NCBI GenBank assembly: GCA_951406725.2
Contig: OX597827.1
Location: forward strand, 46,624,001-46,688,000
Source: Octopus vulgaris
Lineage: Eukaryota
Length of the DNA: 64,000 nt
Direction of reading: 5' to 3'
The number at the start of each line of letters is the position of its first letter. Positions within the stretch are counted from its first letter, which is position 1. The notes below the pieces were generated by a model that searched no databases, was not told the DNA's origin, and saw only the letters and a program-made list of their open reading frames with translations. Below, in pieces: positions 12,903 through 25,457 of the stretch. The translations under genes were made by a program, and so were the position numbers.

Positions 12903-12949
12903 GGACACCTGATGAAGGCTGGAGGTTATATCAGCCGAAACGTTGTGTT
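12903..12949 (+). ncRNA. Type-I minimal hammerhead ribozyme motif
   Basis: GGACAC CTGATGA a GGCTG gaggttatat CAGCC GAAA CG TT GTGTT. Inverted partner of 12731-12777. Confidence 0.82.
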
Positions 12950-13701
12950 AACAACAAACAAGATGAAGACAAATATCCGTCAAATGTAAATAATGTAAAT
13001 AATTCCTCATCTCTTAAATATAGAACTGTATCTGTTAATTCATTACGCAATACAATCGCCAGTTTTCCCGACTGTCCTATGAACTTTATTTGCCCTTGTC
13101 AAACGTGTTTGCATTCATTTTGATCTGTGCTTACTGCAACTGGGAACGAAATACTGAGCAAAGGATTTAGGCCTAGGATGCGAGCAAAATGGTTCGCGTT
13201 TGTCCCTGGTGATATTACAGATCTGCTAAAATCAGTACGATTTTAGGAAATCAGCGTTGCTCGGCATTCACAGTTCTCAACTAAGCTGTGCAATGCAGTC
13301 GGTAGAACTCCAACCCTTGCATTCTATACAAGGTCAGTGAAAGGGTGTGCCTTTAAACCTTCACCTCACGTAAAACATCGTTGAGAGACAGTTGAATGTA
13401 GGCTTGGTGTTTGTAGGACGTTGAACAATTTATACCAAGAGAAAACATCTCATGGTGAATAAGGATTGCGATAAAGTGGCGATCAGAACGGTTAATATAA
13501 TTCAATTTCATGTAGGAAGCCTCTGTAAGGTCGTTTGATCTACTAGAAATAACAACCAAATCTTTCCTAGTTCTCGCCACATTTGTCTTAAATCAATGAA
13601 GGAAACCTTGGATAAATACGAGTCGCAGTTATAATGTCTGAATATAAAAGTCACGATTGCAGCGGCTTTGATTATGGATATGCTCATCATGGCTGATATA
13701 G

Positions 13702-13765
13702 TCCTCCTCCTCCTCCTCCTCCTCCTCCTCCTCCTTCTCTTCCTCAACAACAACAGCAACAGCAA

Positions 13766-13797
<32 letters not shown>

Positions 13798-13799
13798 GC

Positions 13800-13830
<31 letters not shown>

Positions 13831-13848
13831 CGGCGGCGGCGGCGGCGG
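13702..13848. repeat. Compound trinucleotide microsatellite (CCT/CAG/CAA/CGG)
   Basis: Directly visible. Confidence 0.95.
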
Positions 13849-14756
13849 AAATGGGCTCAGAAGCTTCTTCGATTCAATTCATAAGGATCGATGGAGGTAA
13901 CGGATGTATAGTGTATTAGCGCCTGATAACCGCGCGGATATAGATCTGTTATATATCAGTCTAAACCAGATGAATTTCCTCTTTCGATTCTTGAGGTGTC
14001 TTTAGTCTGTTTCCAATATCAATTCATGGCAAGTATCGAAATATCGTATTTGATTTGCGTTCTGACTTCAAATCTCTGTGATCTGTGTGTATACAGTGAA
14101 CTAGTACTGATGCAATTGAGTCTGCACATGTACATTTGTATATACGAGGATGCTGCGTATGATGTGACGATCCAGCCAAGATGTGCTTCTGAAATGAAAA
14201 CAATTTGGGAAGTGGTGAATTTATGATCTCGATGTAGCATAGTCTGTTCTGTTTAGGACAGTGCGTGCAGGAGATATATACTTCAAGAAGCCTCGTGTCA
14301 AGGAATTCTGTCGTGTTGACGACATCATGTGCATAAAAAGTGGTAATTTGAAGCAGCATCATGTACGATCAGCAATATTCTCTGTGCAGCAACACATGTA
14401 ATAGGGCCGTGTTGACCGGCAGCCTGCAATGGCTGAGAAACTGCGAAATACCCAGGGGTTAAGTCAATGACGTCGAACCTTATACTCAAGTGGTACTTTT
14501 TTTGTCGACCCCAAAAGGATGACAGGTAAGTTCGACTCTAGTGGAATTTGAACTTAAAACTTAAGTACGGATGAAATGCTGTTAAGCATTTCGTCCGGTG
14601 TGCCAGCGATTCTGCCAGTTCACTGCCTTAAAGGCATTAATTATTAAGATTTAGTTTAACTTGGTGAAAAGAGAAAGACTGCATTCTATATTGGCGAAAG
14701 AAAAAAAATTACCAAAATTTTCGTGGTCATTGAGAAGCTGAAAATTTATTGTACAT

Positions 14757-15162
14757 AAGCGTAGGAGTGGCTGTGTGGTAAGTAGCTTGCTTACCAACCA
14801 CATAGTTCCGGGCTCAGTCCCACTGCGTGGCACCTTGGGCAAGTGTCTTCTACTATAGCCTCGGGCCGACCAAAGCCTTGTGAGTGGATTTGGTAGACGG
14901 AAACTGAAAGAAGCTCGTCGTATATATGTTTGTATGTATGTGTGCGTATATGTTTGTGTGTCTGTGTTTGTCCACCCATCATCGCTTGACAACCGATGCT
15001 AGTGTGTTAACGTCCCCGTAACTTAGCGGTTCGGCAAAAGAGACCAATAGAAAAAGTACTAGGCTTACAAAGAATAAGTCCTGGGGTTGATTTGCTCGAC
15101 TAAAGGCGGTGCTCCAGCATGGCCACAGTTAAATGACTGAAACAAGTAAAAGAGTAAAAGAG
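14757..15162 (+). mobile_element. SINE family 1, full length, with short internal microsatellite
   Basis: Complete head, body and (AAAAGAGT)n tail; useful as the family reference. Confidence 0.9.
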
Positions 15163-15164
15163 AC

Positions 15165-15240
<76 letters not shown>

Positions 15241-16661
15241 ATATATATTCAAGATTATTAAAAAAATCTGACGTAGTTTTCTTTAAAAAACTTTTTTTTG
15301 TTTGAAAACAAGCAAATGAGCAATTCTGAAATTAAAAACAAAACAAAACAATGAAATAATATAAAGTTTCGAATATAATTCATTTAACTTTTTATCGCGT
15401 AGCAGAAATTCTTGCAAAACGGAATGCAGTCAATAATATAAGAGAACCACTTGTTTTGCTGGTGTACGGTTTGATTGCTTGAACAATGATTGGCAGTGAA
15501 GTTGAATGAGAAAATGCCAAAATTGTTTTGTCTAATAATTGAGTCCAAAGAATAATAATTGAAATGTCTTCTAACATCAAAGGGCAGGTTTCAATTGAAG
15601 CATAGAAATTCAATTTTGCTTCGATTGAATTTAGTCAATTCAGTCTTGAAATTGACGAGTGAAGCGGTATATTAAGCGTCAAAGAATCGAAGAATTTCTT
15701 TAGTTTATTATGGGAAATGAACTTGCAAACTTAGTTTTATACTTGAGAAATCATTTCACGACACAGCAGAATTAAAAATATAGTCGATGATTTGGTTGCA
15801 TGTTAAAGAAAAAAAAAAGAAAAAAAAAGAAAGAAGTAAAAGATAATTAGATCTTTCATGGAGATAAACTTTCAACAAATAGTATTCCGTCTTTGATAGG
15901 AGATATCAAAGATTTTGGTTTTACTAGCCCCCTTGAAAAAAAGCTATTTATAGGATATGCACTCAATGCTTTTGTATAGACAGGTTCTTATTGGGAAAAT
16001 TACCAGAATCTGGTCATACCAATAGTCAGTCTGGTGAAACTAATACTTTCTAAGAAGGTAAGACTTGCTCAAACAGCAAGAACGACTTGCTCAAGCAGCC
16101 TTCCAAAGCCCTGGATTCTCATCGTAGGTTTTAATTATGTAATAATTAAAGAGTTGATGATGTTTGTATTAAAATCATGCTAACAGATGTAGAGCAAAAT
16201 AAATGAAAATTTGAAATATCATTGAAAGCTTTTGTTTTCTCTTCTTGTAAATATTTTGCCCAAACACTCGTCGTTGCCAGTTTGAATTTTATGTAAATTA
16301 TGATAAGGTTATGGGAATAAAGTTTTAATATGCAGGAATTTAACGTTGCGTTATAAGAACTAAACACTTGTATTTGTGGATATATATACTTACAGTTCTT
16401 AAGCACTGAAGCAAAATATCACACACTCACACAAATAATTGAACATAGCATGTGGACAGGGGTATGATCCAAGCTATGTCTTCTTGAAGCATATCTGCTT
16501 ATTCTGGTACTTCAACAATGTATGTAGATGTTATAGTTGTGCCAAGTATTCAGAAGAGTTGAAAAATACCGCTAAATAGTTTTCAAGAGCAGTTACATAA
16601 CAATACAGGAAATTGTGGGAAATGAGACACGTGTAATGGTAAATAAATAATACCAAATATG

Positions 16662-16774
<113 letters not shown>

Positions 16775-16779
16775 TTAAG

Positions 16780-17080
16780 TGGAGGCGCAATGGCCTAGTG
16801 GTTAGGGTAGCGGACTTGCGGTCGGAGGATCGCGGTTTCGATTCCCAGACCGGGCGTTGTGTGTGTTTATTGAGCGAAAACACCTAAAGCTCCACGAGGC
16901 TCCGGTAGCGGGTGGTGGCGACCCCTGTTCTACTCTTTCGCCCCAACTTTGTCTCACTCTTTCTTCCTGTTTCTTGGGTAACGCTGCGATGGACTGGCGT
17001 CCTGTCCAGCTGGGGGGAACACATACGCCACAGAAACCGGGAAACCGGGCCCATGAGCCTGGTTGGGATTGAAAAGGGCG
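16780..17080 (+). mobile_element. SINE family 4
   Basis: Homologous to 11874-12160; tRNA-like A/B boxes. Confidence 0.85.
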
Positions 17081-17146
17081 CAAAAAAAGTATACTAAAGC
17101 AAATATGTATATATATTCAAATATATAAGTGTATATATTGTTAAGT

Positions 17147-17179
<33 letters not shown>

Positions 17180-17681
17180 CTTAACTATATCTACGTGTGT
17201 GTGTGTAAGTATAAACAAAGTAACATTTGTTTTATTTGAAGCGTTGAAATATTTTTGTCGAACGCAGAATTGCCGTTAAAACAGCAGAAATACTGGGTAA
17301 CTTACCCTTACAAAACGGAAAAATTGTCAATAAACAGCCAAGGGACTCGAACTCACATTCATCAAGAGTTCGGCTGAGTATTTTAATAGTAAGCTCAGCT
17401 GCCTGCTGACTAATTTTTAACCGCCGATTTAGACGGCAAATAGCTCATTGAACAACACGTGTATATAAAGACAAATAAACTAACATTTGTTTTATTCGTC
17501 ACGTCGAAATGTATATTGTACAACACAAGCAAGAAGATATAATGATATGTAATTGTAAGATTCAAGGACCTAGGTTTAGAAAGTTAATATACTTCGAGCA
17601 GTCCGAAATATGTGACCGCGTGTGTACCGTTGGCGATTTTTTTCCTCCGTCTTCCCTTCTTTCGATCTTTCCTTTTCCTAT

Positions 17682-17716
17682 GTTTCTGACGAAGAGCTCC
17701 GCTCGAAACGCTAAAC
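17682..17716 (+). ncRNA. Hammerhead motif with mutated cleavage triplet, in element A
   Basis: GTTT CTGACGA a GAGC tcc GCTC GAAA CG CT AAAC. The paralog at 55924-55958 has CGTT instead of CGCT. Confidence 0.7.
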
Positions 17717-18027
17717 CCTCCTTCTTTCCTGAGCGTCCAATAATACTATACTTGTTCCACGTCCTCGCGTTGTTGTGTTTTCTCCTCGTGTTTTCATGTT
17801 TGGATTAACTACATATATATATATATAGGGATCTAATGCGCTTGGCTTAGATTTCCCTTGGGGGCTGCCCAGGTCGGAGCAATCTCAAGATTAATCAGCC
17901 GAAATCGCGAAGATGATCCGGTTCTTGACTGATGACTGAGGGCTTCGAATGTCCCGCCCTGTGTTTCTTGTGTCGTCTCCTAGGTGTTTCACGTTCTTGT
18001 CCCAGTTTGTATATATTTTTTACTTTT

Positions 18028-18062
<35 letters not shown>

Positions 18063-18250
18063 ACAACTTTCAGGAACAATAATAGTTTATTGGCGCAGAA
18101 GGCTTTCCCATAGGTTTGTTGCAGGTTTTTCCCATATCGAAGTTAGTTCGATAATCTAAAAAAGTTTTTTTTTATTGTTTACTGTTAGCATCTAGTATTG
18201 CTATGAATGCGAATAAAAATCCAACTTCAGGGAATGGAGCAGGTAAAATT

Positions 18251-18337
18251 CAGGCTACATATGTTTCTTATCTAGCAAAACCTCGGAAATAATAATTACT
18301 CAATGAGGGGTGTTACACTAGCGACTCATCAGGTCGC
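18251..18337 (-). ncRNA. Decayed hammerhead motif with long stem II
   Basis: Minus strand: gac CTGATGA gtcgCTAG...CCTC...GAGG...CTAGataa GAAA CATATG TA gcc. Core intact with palindromic stem III; stem I and the base of stem II are mismatched. Confidence 0.6.
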
Positions 18338-18691
18338 AGATGCCTTAGTTAAATGGAGGTTAAATTGTCGGCAAGCGATTCCAAGTTAACACGCAGGAGA
18401 TGTGATTTAAAATGACTGCATCGATTAGTATTTAACGTCTATGACTACTATATATATATATATATTTGTATTTATATCTATTTATATTTATATCTATTTG
18501 TATTTATATCTATTTATATTTATTTATTATATCCTCTTGTAATGATTATGCCTATTGTATTGTATTACTCATTCATGTACGCTGTTTTGTTTAACCTTAA
18601 TGTTCTTATGTAGTGGTTCAATAAAGTATGTGATTGTGTATTATCTGATAGTTGATTAATGATTTAGATGTATTTCTCCATTTTCTGATTT

Positions 18692-18757
<66 letters not shown>

Positions 18758-18881
18758 AGTGTGTGTGTGTTTATAAGTATGTGTGTGTTTGTGTGTGTGT
18801 GTGGAAGTGTATGTGTGTATATGTGTGTTTATATATGCATATATATATATATATATGTATACACATATATATCTATATCTA

Positions 18882-19012
<131 letters not shown>

Positions 19013-19020
19013 GACACATA

Positions 19021-19855
19021 TACAGGGTGTGGTGAATAAACTGTCGTCTAAATTACACAAAAATTAAAATAACACTATCTCATTTTAACAGATATATTTA
19101 AATTTACCAAAATTACATAAAAATATCTTGAAATACTAAAGAGTAAGTTTATTCAATAAAATCGCCATTGGCTTCAACTACGGCTTCCAGACAACTTTGG
19201 AATCTCCTGCAATTCTTCTGGACGATCTCCTTGTTTAAGTTGGTGAATGCTGCCATAATCCTTGTCTACAGTTCCTCTTAGGTGTTACAGGGAGTTTTGT
19301 TGGTCTCTCGCTTAACTGCACCTCACCCAAAATAATCAAGGGGGTTGCCGTCTGGGGAGGTAGGTGGGCAAATGTTAAGGGTGATGTGGTCGCAGAAATT
19401 GTCTGACAGCCGTCACTGGGTTCTCCTGCTTGTGTGGTATGATGCAGAGTCCTGTTGCCAGACGCTGTGTCTTCCAGCAGCCACCCTCTTGACCCAGGGC
19501 AGCATTACCTCTTCCAGACACTTGATGTAGGTCTCCGTGTCGAGTCTGAGAACGTGTGGGAAGATGAATGGGGCCATAACGTCGCCATCACTAGTGATCA
19601 CTCTAAACACCATGATGTTGACTGGATGTTTGATTTTTATCACTCTCGGTACATGTCCTTAGATTGATATCCAAACACTCTGAAATGTTTGTATTGGAGC
19701 TTCCGGCGCGAATGCCAAGAAGTGCAGCATGTCGTTTCCAAGTTTCTGGCAGAGTGAAATGCGTCCAACGACCCTCCTTCTTTGTTTTCGTTCGGGTTCC
19801 TTGTGTCTCCACTGTCCTGTTTTTGCTTCCAGCTTTGACCTTCCATAAATCCTAA
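19021..19855 (-). mobile_element. Tc1/mariner-superfamily transposon remnant (internally deleted, frameshifted)
   Basis: Peptide KHPVNIMVFRVITSDGDVMAPFIF...WQQDSASYHTSRRTQ followed by a PPTSPD.NPLDY-like motif; TA-CAGGGTG terminus at 19021. Confidence 0.8.
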
Positions 19856-20060
19856 ATTTTATATTGGTATTTATGGGAGCAACTGTCTTCGAAGACTCAT
19901 ATTGTCGTTGAATGCTCGAAATGAGGAGTAGATAGACAGCCGACAACTGATGAAGGGTCGTTCTTTGCGTTACTTTTCCTATTTTCCATTCTTTTCTCTC
20001 GTTGTTTGTGTATTTAACTCATTCGTTTTCGTATTTCATGTTGTTTACTGTTGGTGACGT

Positions 20061-20114
<54 letters not shown>

Positions 20115-20125
20115 TCTATCTATCC

Positions 20126-20207
<82 letters not shown>

Positions 20208-20749
20208 TTATTTATTTATTTATCTATCTATCTATCTGTATATGTAAACAGCCAGACTATACAAAATGAAATAAGAAATACTAATTTAGAAATATTTTAA
20301 TTAAAAACACGTTTTCTGAAAAAATTGCTTCTGTATGAGTTTTTTAATGCAACTAAATCTGATATATTTTTTTGAAATAAAACCTAAAATAGCAAATATT
20401 TAATTTTTCATTTGTTGCACTTAATTTGAATTTGCTAATAGGTAAAAATTAAAATTAGATTTGCACTTATTTTCTGATGCAACGAAATTTAAACACATAC
20501 ATACAAACATATACAAACACAAACATTGATACACACACATATAAATGTATATGAGTATATATTTATATAGCATATGTATGCATCTGTACGTGCCTATACA
20601 CACACACACACATACACACACACATATATGTATGCATATATATATATGTATATGTATGCGTGTGAGCGTATATATATATATGTATGTATGTATATGTATG
20701 TACATTTATATTCATACGTACATATGTAGATGTACATACACACACATAT

Positions 20750-20910
20750 GCAAGTGTGGCTGTGTGGTAAGGAGCTTATTTCACAACCGCAAGGTTCCGG
20801 GTTCAGTCCCATTGCATGGCACCTTGGGCAAGTGTCTTCTATTATAGCCACGGGCTGACCATAGCTTTGTGAATAGAAATAGTAGACGGAAACTGAAAGA
20901 AGCTCGTCGT
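20750..20910 (+). mobile_element. SINE family 1, 5' half
   Basis: Head homology; followed by the (CTAT)n(TA)n tract that contains the LINE. Confidence 0.8.
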
Positions 20911-20913
20911 GTA

Positions 20914-21012
<99 letters not shown>

Positions 21013-21026
21013 ATATATATATATAT

Positions 21027-21060
<34 letters not shown>

Positions 21061-21128
21061 CTAGTTTCAGCTTATGAGCTGTGGCCATGCTGGGGCACCG
21101 CCATTTGGTGTTGCTACTTGGTTTCACT

Positions 21129-24081
21129 TCATGGAGGCTTTCTAGCAACTGCTATTTGGTGCATGAGAGAGTTCGATGCAGCTGCCCTCATCTGCCCCTC
21201 CTGCCGTGAAGTTGGTTCATCTGGGACACCTGACAGGAAGAGATCCAGCTTCATTTTAAAGACATCTGTATCCACCCCATGCAGGTCTCTCAGGTTCTTC
21301 GGGAGGATATTGAAGAGCTGTGGGCCTCGGAAGCCCAGGCTATCACAGAATCTTGTCCTACATCTTGATGGCAGGTTTGGAGTCCTAGGCACCACGCAGT
21401 GGCGCCCAGTTCTGGCATTTGCGTAACTCTCGATGCCAAAGTTCAGGACACTTCCCTCCAGGATCTTCCAGATGTATATTATGGCATATCTTTCCCGCCT
21501 ACGCTCCAGGGAATATAATTTTAATCTCTTGAGTCTTTCCCAGTAGCTTACATTCTGCATAGAGGCTATCTTCTTTGTGTAGCTTCGTTGGATCGCCTCA
21601 AGTTCTGTGATCAACTTGACACTGGATGGTGACCATAGCTGAGAGCAATAGTCAAAGTGGCTTAGGACAAGTGTCTTCCAGAGGACCATCATGGTTTCTT
21701 GTTCTCTTGTTCTAAAGGTTCTAAGAATCCATCCAGCCAGCCGTCTACATTTCATTGTCAGTTTAGCAACATGTACATGAAAGGTCGCGTCATCACTCAT
21801 GTGAATACCCAGGTCACGCACTGATTGTGCAATCCCTCCGGGTCCAGTGTATTCATTGGGTATTGCATTCAGTTTTGCATGCTGATAGTATAAAGCTTGA
21901 AACTTTCCAGCATTGAACTGCATGCTATTCTTTTCAGCCCACTTGTATATTTCGTCCAGCTCACATTGCAGGTGTTTAGTGTCCTCAGGGTTCTGTATTG
22001 CCTGTGAAACTTTTGTATCATCTGCATAACTTGTGATCGTGGCTCTCTGCGTGGCTGAGGGCATGTCTGAGAGGGCCATTATGAACAGTAGTGGTCCCAG
22101 AACAGTGCCCTGCGGAACACCGCTCACTATTTGTGTGTTAATGGAGGTGGCCCCATTGGCTACTACCACCTGACTTCTATCCTTCAGAAAGTCATGAAGC
22201 CATTCTCCCAGTTTTCCAACTATGTTGAGATCACGCAGTTTGTGACATATCATTCCATGATCGACTTTATCAAAGGCCTTTGCAAAGTCGAGATATATCA
22301 CTTCCACATTTGAGTGGTTGAGCAGCCGTTTCAGCACCCAGTCATAGTGTTGTAGGAGCTGAGTTAAACAGCTTCTCCCTGGTCGGAAACCATGTTGGGT
22401 GTCGGGCAGCAAGTCATTCTCTTCAAGGAAGGTGATCAGCTTCCTTCTGACTATTCGTTCCATGACCTTGCTGATGTGTGAGGTCAGAGAGATAGGTCTA
22501 TAGTTCTTGGCTTCCGCTCTGCTACCTCCTTTATGAATGGGGCATATTTTACCTTCCTTCAGTTTTCCTGGAAGTTTGCCAGCTGCAAGGAAGCTCTGAA
22601 AGAGGAACTGCAGTGGTCTTGCTAGGACTCTCTTACATGCTTTTAGTAGCTGAGTCTGTTTTCATTTCATCTATAGCCTTGGTTACATCGTCTTCCTTTA
22701 TATCGATGTAATCTATCGTCGCCGCCTCTGATTTTATATCTGCAGTGGTAAAAAAGTCAGTTGGATTGGTGATTTGGAGATGCCCAAGGGGTGGAGTGAA
22801 AACACTCTTGAATTGCTCATTCAGTATTTCACTTACCCTCATTGGTTTTCCTGTAAGTGTGCCATCCTTTTCGAGGAGTGGCCCTATGTACAGTGCACTG
22901 TAGCTGTTTCTTTGGCATACCTGTAGAAAGCTCTGGGGTTAGATTTTATGTTTTCTATAGCCCAGGCTTCTTTGTCTGCTCTTTCTTTTTCATGGGAGAG
23001 TTGCAGACATTTTTCGATTTCCAACAGTTTTATTTTTAGGCGGGACTTTTCACTGCTTTCAATCTGTTTGTTTAGGCGATTTGAAAATTTCGTACGCCGT
23101 CTCATTAAAATTTTCCTCTCTCTGGGGATTTTGTTCTTGTGTACAGTGGCCTTTCTGTCTGGGACACATTTGTAGCATATGGCTTGCATTACAGACATGA
23201 ATTGTTGAAGTTTCACGTCGATGTCTGGCGAGGAGAGACATTTAGGCCAGTTTTGTTTGAGGATCTCTTTCTCAATTTGTTTCCAGTTTGCCTTATGGTA
23301 GTTCAAGCTGGAAAGATTTTGAGGGTTTCTTGTAGGCTGCATGTCCGTGCTCTCTTTTGGCCCGTACATGGTCAGCTCTATCATGTTGTGATCCGAGAGT
23401 AGTGTCGGTGTCACTTTCACATTATGGATGAGATCCATGTCATTTGTGAAGCAGAGATCCAGTGTGTTACCTGCCCTGGTTGGTTGGAGTATTACCTGCT
23501 CCATGTACAGGGTGTTGATGAGGTTCAGGAGGGACCTCGCCTGTCCTCGTTCACATCTTGTTATTCCTGGGAGAGAAAGGCCCTCGGGCCATCTGACATT
23601 GGGCAGATTGAAGTCTCCCATAAGAAGCACACCTATGTGTTGTTCTAATGTGGTTAGAATTTCTTCTATTTTTATAAGGCAGTCTTCAAACTTGCCCACA
23701 TGGCTTGGGGCATCTGGAGGGCGATATGTAGCACACACAACTACATCAAGTTGCTTAATATGTACAATTAGTGTGTCACACACCGAGTTTGAGTATGACA
23801 AGAGGACCTGGGGTGTGAGGTCCTCACGGATGTACATAGCAACACCTCCATGACTCCTTTCTTTCCTGTCGGTCCGTAGTACAGCATACTGTGGTATGTG
23901 TAACTCCGCATCTGCTATGTCCGGTTTCAGGTGCGTTTCTGTAAGTGCTATGCATATGGCTTGATTGCATGCAACAAAGTCTCTCAGGAACGGGATCTTT
24001 GTCCTGTTACTGAGTGTTTGCAGTCCTCTGATGTTCAGTAGGAGTATCGAGGTGAGGTGTACGTTGTTGCCGGCGGTGTCC
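21129..24081 (-). pseudogene. LINE ORF2 (endonuclease plus reverse transcriptase), disrupted
   Basis: ORF pieces 22884-24191, 22633-22842 and 21129-22463. Relative to copy 2: 1-nt loss near 22888, 29-nt deletion near 22645, 12-nt in-frame deletion (IPEA) near 21830. Confidence 0.92.
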
Positions 24082-24790
24082 ATCCTGTGTCTGTTTGCTG
24101 TGGTGGTCTGGTATATAGTGGGTAGTCCCACCTGCGGGCTTGGGTTTGATGAAGCCAGGTCAGCTGCTGTACAATCTTTTGTGCCATGCACAAAAAAGAT
24201 TGTTGCTCAGCAGCTGCTCTTTCGACAACATCATGTTGGCTGTTTGTGGCGCGCACAACATCTGCGTACCTCCGCTTTGGGGCAGGTGGTGCGTGGTCCA
24301 TCCCTTTTCTTTGTGTTGATGGTTTGTCCATCTGCCTCGTGTCTCTGTGGCAGGGTCCCCGATGTGCAAAGCGGCAGCCTGCACCTTCCTTTCCATGCCA
24401 GCAGGAACCTCTCAGGTAGAACATACACACCCGTGTGCGCTGTTTGGTTCCATCCTTTGCGGTTCCACTTCTATTTCTGGTTGTTTCACTCTTTGGTCCT
24501 GCTTGAGCTTTTTCTTTTCCTTTAGCTCTTCCAGTCCTTCTTTTAGTTCTTCTTCCTCCCTCTACCTCTTCACCGGGTTCTCCGTCTCCATGGCCCTTGC
24601 TGCCGGTTGGAGAACTTGCACCTGGGTTCACTTCCCGGGCAGGTTTCTCATTCAAAACCTCCTCCCGGGCGTCCACCAGGTGGGGGTGACTTCTTTCATC
24701 GTCTCCATTCTTGCTATCTTTGCCCCGCTCGTTCTCAAAGATGGCATCAAGTGCGCCAATGTGCGACCGTACAAGCGCATATGAGCGCAC
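24035..24790 (-). CDS. LINE ORF1 (probably 5'-truncated) with CCCH zinc finger
   Basis: Open 251 aa frame just upstream of and overlapping ORF2; CMFYLRGSCWHGKEGAGCRFAH preceded by a basic low-complexity tract. Confidence 0.7.
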   Translation of the reverse strand: MRSYALVRSHIGALDAIFENERGKDSKNGDDERSHPHLVDAREEVLNEKPAREVNPGASSPTGSKGHGDGEPGEEVEGGRRTKRRTGRAKGKEKAQAGPKSETTRNRSGTAKDGTKQRTRVCMFYLRGSCWHGKEGAGCRFAHRGPCHRDTRQMDKPSTQRKGMDHAPPAPKRRYADVVRATNSQHDVVERAAAEQQSFLCMAQKIVQQLTWLHQTQARRWDYPLYTRPPQQTDTGWTPPATTYTSPRYSY

Positions 24791-25074
24791 GATATATATA
24801 TATATATATATATACAGGGTGATTGAAAAGTAACTCCCTATTTTAAAATACTTACAATTTATTTATTAACTATAATTTTTAGAAAAAACGAATATGTAAA
24901 GAAAGTGTATAGCATGGAATTTTATTGAAAATTTGATTTAGGCACCAGCATTCACCACCAGCTTCTGAAGCTTCCAGAATGCGAACGATTCTACCAGTTC
25001 GCCACCTCAAAAGCAGCAAGAACATATGAAATAGTAAAGTTCATTTGCCAACAGAATGTGGCGGTCCTATAAAA

Positions 25075-25457
25075 CAAAGGTTCTCAACCTATTTTGGCCA
25101 AAGGCCCCTATTTGACCCTTGGAGTTACAAATACCACCTCCACCAGAAAATATTTTCCTTAATCAACATTCTACTTATTGTGATATCAGCAGATGATGGT
25201 TAAAAAATAAAGGACGTCGCTTTACATATGTGCTTGTACGCAATCGCGAGTACAGATGTACAAATTGAAATGCAAAAAGAGAAACGAAATGAATTGAAAG
25301 ATTCGCAGTTTATTTCAACCAAGCGACACTTATGAAATCAACGTTTTGTCAATCGAAAGAGTGCTCTTTGGTACAAGAGAGCCCTTTGCTCCAAAACGCT
25401 CCCTTCGAGCTCTAAATAGTCCCCGGATGGCCATATGGCCCCCGTTTAGAACCTTCA
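25075..25457. mobile_element. Probable hAT-type MITE
   Basis: Imperfect TIRs CAAAGGTTCTCAAC / GTTTAGAACCTTCA; 8-bp TSD-like CTATAAAA (25067) / CTATAAAG (25458). Confidence 0.55.

Larger units (their letters stand above)
21028..24791 (-). mobile_element. CR1/L2-group LINE, copy 1 (partial ORF1 plus APE-RT ORF2 with two frameshifts)
   Basis: APE motifs (LLNIRGL, ALTETHL, HGGVAMY, MGDFN, NTLDL, SDH) and RT motifs (YLDFAKAFDKV, GVPQGTVLGPLLF, YADDTK); (ATCA)n tail at 21028-21060; (TA)n on both sides. Confidence 0.95.

Noticed and set aside
19905-20062. CTGATGA-containing repeat (also 48565-48720) as a hammerhead
   Set aside because: No downstream stem II plus GAAA and no convincing circularly permuted fold; kept only as a dispersed repeat.
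21055-24822. Antisense ORFs over the LINE copies
   Set aside because: Shadow frames of ORF1/ORF2 with no independent motifs.
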